The position numbers and the translations under genes are program-made. This document shows positions 36,288 to 44,737 of a DNA stretch of 51,803 nt, one piece after another. The notes beneath the pieces are model-generated. The model ran no database searches. It had not been told where the DNA came from and saw only the letters and a list, made by a program, of their open reading frames with translations. Every line of letters starts with the position of its first letter. The stretch's first letter is position 1. This DNA comes from a virus, in IMG/VR virus record IMGVR_UViG_3300023097_000005, positions 1 to 51,803 of that record; one strand, given 5' to 3'.

Positions 36288-36509
36288 TTACGGAAGTTGG
36301 TTTTGATGAACGGCCTCACTCAGCGCATCCTCAGCCTCGTCATACTCCGCGTCGCTCAGGTCAATCTCGCGCCCGTTCAGCGTCGCGCGGATGTCCTCGA
36401 ATCCGCCTGACTCGTCGGGGCATGGGCCGGTCGAGGCGTGGTAGGTCGCGCTGAGGTTGACCGTGATGGCGGAGTCGCGGTCGAGAAGGAGGGTGGTGTG
36501 GGTTTTCAT
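36288..36509 (-). CDS. Hypothetical acidic protein
   Basis: Start MKTHTTLLLDRD, ATGA-coupled. Confidence 0.45.
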   Translation of the reverse strand: MKTHTTLLLDRDSAITVNLSATYHASTGPCPDESGGFEDIRATLNGREIDLSDAEYDEAEDALSEAVHQNQLP

Positions 36510-36745
36510 GAGATGGACATGATGCACCAGCCTTCAGCGAGTCCGAACGCTAGACCGTTCAAGATGTAATCAACGATACGATCACAAACGCGCCCGGTGA
36601 ATTCCTTGGTTTTTGGATTCCACTCAGCAAGGACAAGAATATCTCCGGTTTTGTAATCACGGTCATTTAGTCGCAATTCAAACCGCTTGTCCTCTCGACG
36701 GATGGGCTCGAAATACTCAGGCCAAGTTTTAAGTTCGTGGGTCAT
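36506..36745 (-). CDS. ASCH/DUF3850-like (PUA-fold) protein
   Basis: MTHELKTWPEYFEPIRREDKRFELRLNDRDYKTGDILVL. Confidence 0.7.
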   Translation of the reverse strand: MTHELKTWPEYFEPIRREDKRFELRLNDRDYKTGDILVLAEWNPKTKEFTGRVCDRIVDYILNGLAFGLAEGWCIMSIS

Positions 36746-37049
36746 GGGAATATTAGGGTTATTTGGACGTGCTCTTCTTCGCCTTTACGCACTTTCCTTT
36801 GGGCTGTTTCGATCTTGCAGACACCCGGCGAGTCTTCTGGGATGAGCTTGGCGTAGCGAAGAAGGTCGGTGTGAAATTTGGACACGAGGTTATCTTCATC
36901 ACAGAGTCGTTTCCTGACTGAAACGTACCGCAGGAGAATGCGCGGCGAATCTCCTTCTTGAGCTTGGTCAGCTTCCAGTGGTTCATTCCCAGCAGGACGT
37001 TTAGGCTGGGCAACCGGCCTGGGATGATTAGCGTGATGGTTGTTGGCAT
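36742..37049 (-). pseudogene. RusA-like Holliday-junction resolvase, apparently frameshifted
   Basis: The N-terminal motif ITLIIPGRLPSLN...HWKLTKLKKEI lies in one frame (ORF 36759..37049). The catalytic-type RKRLCDEDNLVSKFHTDLL...IPEDSP lies in another (ORF 36742..37125). Confidence 0.45.
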
Positions 37050-37127
37050 GAGCAGGTCTAAGCGCGGGCGCGCGGTGCATGGCGAGTCGCAAGCGGTCCG
37101 GTAGTGATGACGCGTCGAGGCCCATGG

Positions 37128-37913
37128 TTAGAGTTCGTCCTTGAGTTTTTGGAATGCGTCCCGCGCCTCACCAAAACCACAGGTGCAGAGCGCAGGGTTT
37201 GGATATTTGAGCATGTATTCACACCAAGTTTTGTGGTGTCCGTCTTTGCTAAAGACATCTGCAATCCGCAAAAGCTCTGCGATGCGCGCATCTGCCGCAT
37301 CTGCGCGACCTAGAGCGGCGGAGAGTTGGCGCTCTAGGTCGCGAAACTGCTCTCGCTCTTGCATCAAATGACCGCGCACATCCTCGGCATAGATTGCCCC
37401 TTTCGCGAAGGCCGCAATGGTTTCGAGCAGCATCTGAAATCTAGCATCAGTCCTCGGCGTATCGCTCGCCTGCGCCTTCTCTTCCGGTTGACCTGCATTG
37501 CACTTCCATGGGCCGTCCTCGATCAGCTTGTTCGATACGGCAATGTTGGGATAGATGGTTGCGCCCAGACCCTTGATGGGGTGCGAATGAAAGGCGTCGG
37601 AGCAGTTCGACAAGTCGCCCGTGAAGTTGCGCACGTCACGCTGCGTGCTAGAGCATGTCGGGCACTTCTCTGGTTGCGAATCTTCAGGCGGCAGACCGCG
37701 TGCTTGGCGCAGTGCGGCGCGGGATAGGCGCGTGCGGTAGAAAACTGTTGGGTTGGCACCGCTGCAATATGGGAGCCATCTTGAATCCGATTCATCCCAA
37801 CCTTCGATAAGGTTTTGACCTTGGGGGATCGTCATGAACTGACTGCCTTTCTCGTCCAAATCCAGCAACCGATAGCCCTCGCCCGGTTCGACATTATCAG
37901 GGTTGTGTTTCAT
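37128..37913 (-). CDS. Hypothetical protein
   Basis: Start MKHNPDNV, ATGA-coupled, 261 aa. Confidence 0.5.
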   Translation of the reverse strand: MKHNPDNVEPGEGYRLLDLDEKGSQFMTIPQGQNLIEGWDESDSRWLPYCSGANPTVFYRTRLSRAALRQARGLPPEDSQPEKCPTCSSTQRDVRNFTGDLSNCSDAFHSHPIKGLGATIYPNIAVSNKLIEDGPWKCNAGQPEEKAQASDTPRTDARFQMLLETIAAFAKGAIYAEDVRGHLMQEREQFRDLERQLSAALGRADAADARIAELLRIADVFSKDGHHKTWCEYMLKYPNPALCTCGFGEARDAFQKLKDEL

Positions 37914-38137
37914 ACTGGTTTCCAGTGGGTCGGTTCCCATAAATCTACGTTTTCAACTCGTCCATGGCACCAGCCATAGAGCGGGACATGCGAGGCTTTT
38001 CCATGCCAAGTTTTTCGGCTGAGAAAACGATATACAGGTCTGTATTTTCCCCAGTGGTGAATGTATTCCGCTCCGCCAATGAACTTGGTTCCATCCTTCG
38101 GCGCGGTCGCGATTGGCTGCCAGTCGGTCGCGCTCAT
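37910..38137 (-). CDS. DUF551-like protein
   Basis: WQPIATAPKDGT...PTHWKPV. Confidence 0.5.
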   Translation of the reverse strand: MSATDWQPIATAPKDGTKFIGGAEYIHHWGKYRPVYRFLSRKTWHGKASHVPLYGWCHGRVENVDLWEPTHWKPV

Positions 38138-38277
38138 TTCGTCTCCTCCGGCTTAGGCGCTGGGACTTTACAGATTTTGCAGATGCCTTGGATGTTCCAA
38201 GAATGATGCTGATACAGCACATTGCCTTTGCGGCAGGCTGGCAGTTCGGGAATAGGCTTGTTCGGGATGGCGCTCAT
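38134..38277 (-). CDS. Small hypothetical protein (47 aa)
   Basis: Internal Met MSAIPNKPIPELPAC, coupled to the upstream stop. Confidence 0.35.
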   Translation of the reverse strand: MSAIPNKPIPELPACRKGNVLYQHHSWNIQGICKICKVPAPKPEETK

Positions 38278-38519
38278 AGGGTTATTTCGTCGGATGGTTG
38301 TCGCTTCCACTTGGCGGCCCACTCGGCCCTCGCCTGTTTCAATGCCTGCTCCTCGCATTTAACCCGGTCGAGCAGTTCGGGTTTGGACTTCACCCATTCG
38401 TCTATAATTCCCTCTAGCACAGCCTCTGCCGCACCTGCTCCGCCTCCTCCATTGATGTATGCCCAAGCGTGCAAGAGCTTTAGGCGGTCGTAGCTGACTA
38501 GAATTGTGGCATTTCTCAT
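38274..38519 (-). CDS. Hypothetical protein
   Basis: 81-aa ORF. Confidence 0.5.
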   Translation of the reverse strand: MRNATILVSYDRLKLLHAWAYINGGGGAGAAEAVLEGIIDEWVKSKPELLDRVKCEEQALKQARAEWAAKWKRQPSDEITL

Positions 38520-38568
38520 AAAGTAGTGCTGGGATTCTAGCGCCCAGCGTCGCTGTCGGTTGTTGGGA

Positions 38569-38916
38569 CTAATCGTGCAACTGCGCCTTCACCGCTTCAA
38601 TCTGCTTTTCCATGATGTCGGCGTAGAAGGCGTCGAAAGAGTCCTTCTGGCCTTGCTGTTTCCAGAGCACGAACAGGCATGCACGGAGCCTTGTAGAGTG
38701 GCTTTTCACAGCCCGCTCTGTGTCCACCCGAATCAGTTCATCGGGCGGCGCATCTTCCGGCACGATTGAGATAGTCACGTTCTTTCCGTGCAGGCCAATG
38801 CAAGCGCCTGCTTCGGATGGCCGCAACTCCGGCGTCACGAAGGACAGCTTCACGCTGCCGTCGCTTCGGCTGGTCACGCTGCCCGCTTGGCAGTGTTTAA
38901 TCTCAATCGCCTTCAT
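38569..38916 (-). CDS. Hypothetical protein
   Basis: Start MKAIEIKHCQAG, ATGA-coupled to the HNH stop. Confidence 0.5.
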   Translation of the reverse strand: MKAIEIKHCQAGSVTSRSDGSVKLSFVTPELRPSEAGACIGLHGKNVTISIVPEDAPPDELIRVDTERAVKSHSTRLRACLFVLWKQQGQKDSFDAFYADIMEKQIEAVKAQLHD

Positions 38917-39407
38917 TTGGATTGGAATTGCTGCACGGTCCTTTTCTTGCGTTCGTTTCGGTGATGTTCCGCGTGATGTGCAGGGCACAACCAGCGCACC
39001 TCTAGGGGTTTGGTGTAGTCGTCGTGGTGCTTATGCGCAACAGCCCCACAAATTTCGCATCCTTGGCGCAGGAGTTTTCCAGACCGGATCGCATTATTTG
39101 CAATGCAATGAGCAGCCCACTTTATGGGATTTTTCATTCTCCACCTATGCTTTATAACCCTGTTACCCTCTCCTGCTACCCTTGGTTGAACGCCGCTATT
39201 TCTGCGCCGTCTCTCGGCCTTAAGGCGATGGCGCTCCCGCTCATCCAAAACCCACTGCAAATCTGTCACGGACTTTTTGGCGACACGATCAGCAACATCT
39301 TTTTTGGTGCATGTTTTGCACTTTCCAAGATGCCCATCTCCCATTTTTGGGTGTCGGTAGAATTCGGTGAGCGGGAGCGTCATTTTACATTTGAAACAAG
39401 TCTTCAT
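38913..39407 (-). mobile_element. HNH endonuclease
   Basis: CFKCKMTLPLTEF...CKTC and CEICGAVAHKHHDDYTKPLEVRWLCPAHHAEHH. Confidence 0.8.
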
Positions 39408-39450
39408 TCATCCACTAGAACAGGATTTACGCGGGTGTCAAAAGGTTACT

Positions 39451-39852
39451 TCAAAAAGGAATTTCATCAATATCCTCGTCCTGTGGCAACTCAGCCACAG
39501 GCGGCTTTGACGGCGCAGGTGCGGTGCGATTCTTGGGAGCGCGCACACGAATGCCGCCCACGAGTTTTCCGCCGTAGCTGATGCTCGGGTCATCGAAAGC
39601 CACGATCTTGTGGCCGTCCCAGTTGTCGCTGTTCCGCTCGCCGGTAATCATGGCGATCAGCTCCGAATTTGTACGATTCAGCACCATGGGTTTGTCCTCC
39701 TCGGCAAATTCCAGACACCATTTCATTTCGGCGGGTTCGTTGGCTTTCGCCACGTTCATTTGTTTGCACGCTTGGATCGTGTAGAGCTTCCCTGCGCCTA
39801 CGTCTGCGCGCTTGAGAAACTTCGATTCGGTCATTTGGCTGATGTCAGGCAT
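39451..39852 (-). CDS. ssDNA-binding-protein-like factor with canonical SSB acidic tip
   Basis: C-terminus ...LPQDEDIDEIPF (compare bacterial SSB DDDIPF). The N-terminal 110 aa are not a textbook OB SSB sequence. Confidence 0.5.
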   Translation of the reverse strand: MPDISQMTESKFLKRADVGAGKLYTIQACKQMNVAKANEPAEMKWCLEFAEEDKPMVLNRTNSELIAMITGERNSDNWDGHKIVAFDDPSISYGGKLVGGIRVRAPKNRTAPAPSKPPVAELPQDEDIDEIPF

Positions 39853-40042
39853 GGTCTTGTTTTGTTTGTGGCTGTAGCGGTGTAGGTTGAGCTTGAGCCG
39901 GGTTTGTTGTTGGTGCTGGTTCTGCCAGCGGAAAATCGTCCATGAGCGGCAGCGGCCAAACCATCGCCTGCGCCAGCCGCACGAGCAGCACGCGGTCTGT
40001 GCTCGGGTTGCGCTGGACTGGCTCTGTGGATGGCTCGGTCAT
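39845..40042 (-). CDS. Hypothetical Pro-rich small protein
   Basis: 65-aa ORF. Confidence 0.4.
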   Translation of the reverse strand: MTEPSTEPVQRNPSTDRVLLVRLAQAMVWPLPLMDDFPLAEPAPTTNPAQAQPTPLQPQTKQDHA

Positions 40043-40191
40043 TTGCGCTTACCCTTTCGTGCGTAATCTTGCCATGTAGGTAGCCCGCGCCTGAGCAGCG
40101 CTACGTCACAGGCTGCGCTAATCTCGCGGAAGTAAGTGTGCTCACGCTTGGTGCGGTGGCCGGATTTGCTGCGTTTATCGTGCGAGGTCAT
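40039..40191 (-). CDS. Small basic protein (50 aa)
   Basis: MTSHDKRSKSGHRTKREHTYF..., ATGA-coupled at both ends. Confidence 0.35.
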   Translation of the reverse strand: MTSHDKRSKSGHRTKREHTYFREISAACDVALLRRGLPTWQDYARKGKRK

Positions 40192-40565
40192 TTGAGTTTG
40201 CAATGGTCGGCATGGTCATCCAGCGCATGGAAATGGCGCTTGGGGTGGTCGTCGCACTCAAAAACCAGCAGGCAGTAATTCGCTATATCCACAAGGTATT
40301 CGGTATTCCCTGTTGCTTCGTAGAGCTTGATCTTGGTCTTTACCGAACCAACCAAATCCCATTTTCCGCGCTGTACCTTTTTCACCGCCAGAGTGGAGTA
40401 GCGCAGCGCACCCATAATCATTCGATTGCGCATTAGCCGCTCGAACTCAGGAGACCATTCGGAGTCCGATAGCTTAGCAAAATCAGCAGAGCTAAAGCGC
40501 GGGGTGCCGTTTAGGAGTCCGGCCTGAGCGAGCAAGCGGGACCGAAGTATGGCATGAACACTCAT
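40188..40565 (-). CDS. Hypothetical protein
   Basis: 125-aa ORF. Confidence 0.5.
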   Translation of the reverse strand: MSVHAILRSRLLAQAGLLNGTPRFSSADFAKLSDSEWSPEFERLMRNRMIMGALRYSTLAVKKVQRGKWDLVGSVKTKIKLYEATGNTEYLVDIANYCLLVFECDDHPKRHFHALDDHADHCKLK

Positions 40566-40570
40566 AAAAT

Positions 40571-40933
40571 CTATTGCGAATCAACCAGCGCCTCGTGCTC
40601 GGCGCGAAGCTTGTCGTAATCGGACGATAGTTTGTTCCGCTCTCTCATAAGCCGATCCTTCCATTTATTTGCCTCCCCAAGCTCCGAAATCGTCTTGGCG
40701 TGGCTTTGCTGCGATTCGGCTAGTTTGTCTTGGAGGGCATCGCGCTCAACGGTCAAGTTATGACAGGTATCGTGACAGATTCCGCAGCACATATCCGGAT
40801 GCCCATCGCGATTGCCCTGAGCGCACCGCAGCTCGACTTCGAGTGACTCAATCTCCGCGCGCTGCGCCTTGCTCTGCTCCGTCAGGCGCAGCACGTCCGC
40901 GAGCAGGTCTTGCATGGTTTGGGTTTGGATCAT
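40571..40933 (-). CDS. Coiled-coil protein
   Basis: 120-aa ORF. Confidence 0.5.
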   Translation of the reverse strand: MIQTQTMQDLLADVLRLTEQSKAQRAEIESLEVELRCAQGNRDGHPDMCCGICHDTCHNLTVERDALQDKLAESQQSHAKTISELGEANKWKDRLMRERNKLSSDYDKLRAEHEALVDSQ

Positions 40934-41211
40934 GGCTGTTTCTCTCCGCGTTGGATGATTCCGCCATTGGGCGAAACGAGGTATTGAATGCCGGTCTTGT
41001 AATCCGTGTGAACCTCAAGACCGCTGCGCGTCCATCCGTCTTTATCGCTGTCGTCCAGCCCCCAATTGAATTGGCGGCGACACAAGTTGAAAATGAACAG
41101 AAGGACAATGAACCATAGGGCGCATCGGCACAGGTAGTTCATCGCGCCTTTGGCGAAGTCGAACCCGAATTGTTCTGAGGTAGTTGTTTCCACGGTGAGG
41201 TTTTTGCTCAT
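40930..41211 (-). CDS. Membrane protein (DUF6440-like C-terminus)
   Basis: Start MSKNLTVETT, TM segment LCRCALWFIVLLFIFNL, then HTDYKTGIQYLVSPNGGII. Confidence 0.45.
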   Translation of the reverse strand: MSKNLTVETTTSEQFGFDFAKGAMNYLCRCALWFIVLLFIFNLCRRQFNWGLDDSDKDGWTRSGLEVHTDYKTGIQYLVSPNGGIIQRGEKQP

Positions 41212-41221
41212 AAATTCAGTT

Positions 41222-41407
41222 TCAGCGATTCCACTCCCAGACCGCCCACACGACCCACGCGATTGCACCGAGGATGCCCAGCAGTCCCAGAACGGTGCCG
41301 AGCGCATAGGCCAGCTTGTTCAGGAACTGCTCACGCTGCCGCTCGCGCTGGGCGTGGGTCTGGGCGGCTCGGTGCATGGCGTAAAGGGGGAGGAACTTAA
41401 TGCTCAT
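41222..41407 (-). CDS. Small membrane protein
   Basis: C-terminal TM segment LGTVLGLLGILGAIAWVVWAVW. Confidence 0.5.
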   Translation of the reverse strand: MSIKFLPLYAMHRAAQTHAQRERQREQFLNKLAYALGTVLGLLGILGAIAWVVWAVWEWNR

Positions 41408-41413
41408 GGCTAA

Positions 41414-41698
41414 TTATTGGCGGGTAAATACAACACGCTTTCCGACTACAGATTTTCCGTAGAACGGCCCTTTGCTTCCAAGCATCTTTTTGTAATGCAA
41501 TTCGTCTGTCCCACAAATTCCGTGGTTAAACCACACACCATTGATCACAACTTCATCAATAAGTTCAGTAACGATTCCATACCCTCTCCGGCGCAGCGCA
41601 GTAGCGATCAGGCATTTTGTGCAGTTTTCAAAGCGATCAGCATTCAATCGATCATTTTCCGTTATCGTAATGCTGAATTTGTCAGGTGGCGTTTTCAT
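41414..41698 (-). CDS. Hypothetical protein
   Basis: Start MKTPPDKFSITIT. The upstream part of the track ORF looks non-coding. Confidence 0.45.
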   Translation of the reverse strand: MKTPPDKFSITITENDRLNADRFENCTKCLIATALRRRGYGIVTELIDEVVINGVWFNHGICGTDELHYKKMLGSKGPFYGKSVVGKRVVFTRQ

Positions 41699-41795
41699 AA
41701 AGTTCAGTTCCGGTTTAAACGTGGACCCCGCCGCAGCGCCAGCCGCAGGCCCGCGAGGATCGTGGCGATTCGGGCGGTGGTGGTTGGGGAGGGTT

Positions 41796-41963
41796 TCATT
41801 GCATTGGGTTCGTTCCGTCAGTCCATCCCTTGACCCATTCGATTCCGGCTTTAATGCCGTCTTCGTAAGACATTCCGGGAAACTTTGAAGTCCCATCGTT
41901 TATATGCTCATCGCATTCGTTAAGAACTTCGTTGATTTCGTCATCAGTAGGCGGAATAGTCAT
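41796..41963 (-). CDS. Small acidic protein (55 aa)
   Basis: MTIPPTDDEINEVLNECDEHINDGT..., below the ORF-track cutoff. Confidence 0.35.
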   Translation of the reverse strand: MTIPPTDDEINEVLNECDEHINDGTSKFPGMSYEDGIKAGIEWVKGWTDGTNPMQ

Positions 41964-41967
41964 ACAC

Positions 41968-42213
41968 TTAGGAGGCTTTCTTTTTGGTCTTGGGTTTGGT
42001 GGGCTTTGGCTCAGTGCCCGGTTCGTAAAATCCGCATTTGTTGAGCGTCTTCCAAATCGACCGCTCTAAAGAAATCATCTCGTAGTTCTCGGCCTCCTCA
42101 GAAATCAGCATGATGGGCTTGGATTTGATTGATCCGCTGCGCAGGCCGGAAATGATCGAGGTCAGTTCATTGGCGAGAATGACGCGCGCCTGTTCGGGTG
42201 GAAGTAGTTTCAT
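41968..42213 (-). CDS. Hypothetical protein
   Basis: 81-aa ORF with a Lys-rich tail. Confidence 0.5.
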   Translation of the reverse strand: MKLLPPEQARVILANELTSIISGLRSGSIKSKPIMLISEEAENYEMISLERSIWKTLNKCGFYEPGTEPKPTKPKTKKKAS

Positions 42214-42446
42214 AAAGGGAAGTATTTCCAGAACTTTCCTGTCTTTTCACGGCGCAGGAAATTAAGCTGGTGGAGTTGATCGAGCCGGTTGCACTGCGCG
42301 GTTTCGGTCACACCCGGCATGCGCACCCGCAAATCGGCAGTTGTCGCACCGCGCTTAGGGATTCGGGAGAGTGTTTCCGCAAGGTGTTCCGGCAATGGCG
42401 CTCGGCCCGTTCCGTGGCACCGCTCGCATGTGATTTCACGTTTCAT
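42210..42446 (-). CDS. Putative DNA-binding regulator (CxxCxGxG Zn knuckle plus winged-helix-like)
   Basis: CERCHGTG...LSRIPKRGATTADL...RLDQLHQLNFLRREKTGKFW. First gene of the leftward block. Confidence 0.45.
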   Translation of the reverse strand: MKREITCERCHGTGRAPLPEHLAETLSRIPKRGATTADLRVRMPGVTETAQCNRLDQLHQLNFLRREKTGKFWKYFPL

Positions 42447-42456
42447 TGATGCGAAG

Positions 42457-42482
42457 TTGCCTCATTCATTCATTTGAGGCAA
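42457..42482. promoter_or_regulatory. Perfect 8-bp inverted repeat TTGCCTCA-N10-TGAGGCAA in the divergent AT-rich control region
   Basis: Read directly. It lies 11-36 nt upstream of the ATG at 42446. Confidence 0.3.
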
Positions 42483-42582
42483 GAATTATTTGGAACTAAA
42501 ATACGAAAGTTTCTAAATCCTCATTGGTAAATGAAAGGAATTGTTCGTGACATTGACTATCAATGAGCTTATCCGGTGCTTT

Positions 42583-42786
42583 ATGTTTCCAATCGACCGC
42601 AGCGTGCCGCTTCAGCACCAGACGCATCAACGCGTTCTGGAGCAGCTTTACGCCCGGATGCAGCAAGAGCAGCGCAACCGCGTGCGCCGCATCGACAAGG
42701 CTCGTCTCGCGCAGGCCCTCGATGCCAGCGCGCCGCTGCCTGGGCTGGGCGAAAAGGTTTGCGTGGTTGCCGCTCCTGTGAGATAG
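42583..42786 (+). CDS. Small hypothetical protein (uncertain; competes with antisense ORF 42496..42843)
   Basis: MFPIDRSVPLQHQTHQRVLEQLYARMQQEQRNRVRRIDKARLAQ, with GC3-rich codons. Confidence 0.3.
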   Translation: MFPIDRSVPLQHQTHQRVLEQLYARMQQEQRNRVRRIDKARLAQALDASAPLPGLGEKVCVVAAPVR

Positions 42787-42879
42787 TTCCTCTGTCCTGA
42801 CAATCTCGTGGACAACCGATTCATCCCGGTTCAGAAAACTCACAAGCCTCTCTCGTGCCGCTGACTTTCGTTTGCGGGG

Positions 42880-43515
42880 ATGACACGGGAGAGGCGCTTT
42901 GTTTTGATGGCATACACCAAAGAATACCTTGAATATCTAGAATCAACCCACTGGCACAATCTCCGCGAGATGGCCTTCAATCGCGTGAACAGGAAGTGCG
43001 AAGTCTGTTCGCTGCCCAAGAAACTACAGGGCCACCACCTGATCTATCGGTCGCGTCTGGAAGACGGAATTGTTGATGACATCATGTGCCTCTGTGGAAA
43101 ATGCCACGATCTGTGGCACGAATGGCTTCGCGCGACGGGACGTAAATTGCATGAGTTCTGCCGTCAATCCACGCGAGGCGCGTTGCTGGTTTTGGGGGAT
43201 GTAAAATGGCGCAAGAAGGAGATTGAAAAGCCCGAACCGAGACCCGTCTATATCCCACTCAATCCACCGAAATTAGAGCCGAAACAGAAGATGTCCAAAA
43301 AGGACAAGCGAACACTCTTCGTCCCAGATGCCAGAAACGCGACTCAAAAGAAGATGATGGAAGACCCTGTTTTCGTTCAGCATCTCACAATGAAGCGACG
43401 TGATTTCCTACACTGGAGGAGCGAGTATTTCAAAGGCTGCCCAAAATACGTTTCGCTTCAGGCTAATTCATCGGTGATTTATGACCGAATGGCACGACGA
43501 AGAAAATCCCTATGA
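42880..43515 (+). CDS. HNH-motif protein
   Basis: STHWHNLREMAFNRVNRKCEVCS...GHHLIY...LCGKCHDLWH. Alternative start Met 42907. Confidence 0.6.
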   Translation: MTRERRFVLMAYTKEYLEYLESTHWHNLREMAFNRVNRKCEVCSLPKKLQGHHLIYRSRLEDGIVDDIMCLCGKCHDLWHEWLRATGRKLHEFCRQSTRGALLVLGDVKWRKKEIEKPEPRPVYIPLNPPKLEPKQKMSKKDKRTLFVPDARNATQKKMMEDPVFVQHLTMKRRDFLHWRSEYFKGCPKYVSLQANSSVIYDRMARRRKSL

Positions 43516-43537
43516 CCCCACAACCTGACCCCAGCGT

Positions 43538-43966
43538 ATGAGAACGCGCGGCTGGCCTGATGGCGACAATCAGTACAAGGACATTCCAGTGGAGACAACA
43601 CGCCAATACCTTGACCGAATAGAACCGCTGATTGCGAAGGCCATCGGTGTTCGCGCGGTCGTAAAGCCACCTTCTTTATTCGTGAAACGCAAAGGCAGAT
43701 GGAAGGTCAACGCGTGCGTGATCTGTGGCGCTATCGGCAAATGGAACGTGGTGAATCGCCATCATCCGCTGCCCCGTCAGGTGCAGCCTAAGCGAAACGA
43801 CTTTACCGTCTGGCTCTGCACGGCCCAATGCCACAGGATCATCCACACGCTATCCAATTGGACATTGGCCGGGATGCCGTGGTCCGAACAGGAGCGATTT
43901 ATCCTTGAGCACATCCCGATGACGGAAAGCTGGCCGGAACATCCGCTGGAACGGCTGACGTTTTAA
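43538..43966 (+). CDS. HNH-motif protein
   Basis: CVICGAIGKWNVVNRHHPLP...WLCTAQCHRIIH. Confidence 0.55.
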   Translation: MRTRGWPDGDNQYKDIPVETTRQYLDRIEPLIAKAIGVRAVVKPPSLFVKRKGRWKVNACVICGAIGKWNVVNRHHPLPRQVQPKRNDFTVWLCTAQCHRIIHTLSNWTLAGMPWSEQERFILEHIPMTESWPEHPLERLTF

Positions 43967-44124
43967 CCCTTGCAGCCGGGCGGCTTCGCGCGCATGGTGT
44001 GGGTGCTTGGGCGGCCCGTCTTCAAGCGACGGTCAACCGGTCTTGCTTGAGTGTTCGGTTTAACTGCGGTTCAGCCGCTGGCGGTGAAAGCCCGACCCAT
44101 AGCTGACGAACACTCATCACTTTC

Positions 44125-44198
44125 GCGGTAGTAGCTTAGTGGGAAAGCCGCTGTTTTCCAAACAGCATAAGCGAGTTCGATTCTCGACTACCGCTCCA
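44125..44198 (+). tRNA. tRNA-Gly (anticodon UCC), CCA encoded
   Basis: GCGGTAG TA GCTT AGTGGGA AAGC C GCTGT TTTCCAA ACAGC ATAA GCGAG TTCGATT CTCGA CTACCGC T CCA. Canonical U8, A14, GG, A21 and T-loop, with one G-A mismatch at the top of the T stem. Confidence 0.85.
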
Positions 44199-44576
44199 TT
44201 TGTTCTTTGTGAGTTGAGTAGTGCGGCACGACTGAAGCCGCCGATAGCCCTTCGTTTTGGAGGGTATATCGGATGCCATTCGCATGATGTGCGGTTGGAG
44301 AAGTCGGAAAAAGAAGACGTTAAACCCGGTGCAACTGGAACGGGCGGCAGAAATGCCGATGCAGCAGAAAGCGTTATGTCTCTGCCAACGCTGATAATCA
44401 GGGCAGCGCCTGATCCGCACTACTCAGCCCATAAAAGACCAGCGCAGGCTTGCGCCCGCCGCGACGGCTCACAACCGCCAAGTTGGATCGTCGGGTGCCC
44501 GGAATGGACGCGCTGTGAAGAGGCAACAGGACCGGCGCATGGTTCGGCGTAGGTTCTCCATTGTGACTCTGTAAAT

Positions 44577-44737
44577 TTACCGGCGTGACAACGGCAATTC
44601 GCAAAGCCATTCGTAGACCTCGCGCAGCAACAGGTAGTAGACGCAGGCGGCAGCAATCACGACTTCAACCCCCAGTAGGCGCTCGCGCAGAGCAGCAGGC
44701 CAAGGGCGCACCAGACGATGAGAGGGCCGTAGGTCAT
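44577..44737 (-). CDS. Two tiny hydrophobic ORFs (26 and 27 aa) coupled downstream of the endolysin
   Basis: MTYGPLIVWCALGLLLCASAYWGLKS (44657..44737, ATGA with the endolysin stop) and V/MIAAACVYYLLLREVYEWLCELPLSRR (44577..44660, GTGA overlap). Confidence 0.25.

Noticed and set aside
42496-42843. 115-aa minus-strand ORF in the divergent control region.
   Set aside because: Its 3-prime end runs into the AT-rich promoter-like tract, and it is antisense to an equally plausible plus-strand ORF. The case is unresolved, so it is not called.
44136-44656. ORFs 44136..44420(-), 44139..44552(+), 44398..44610(-) and 44420..44656(-).
   Set aside because: They overlap the tRNA-Gly or each other, have Arg/Cys/Ser-rich noise-like translations, and show no coupling.
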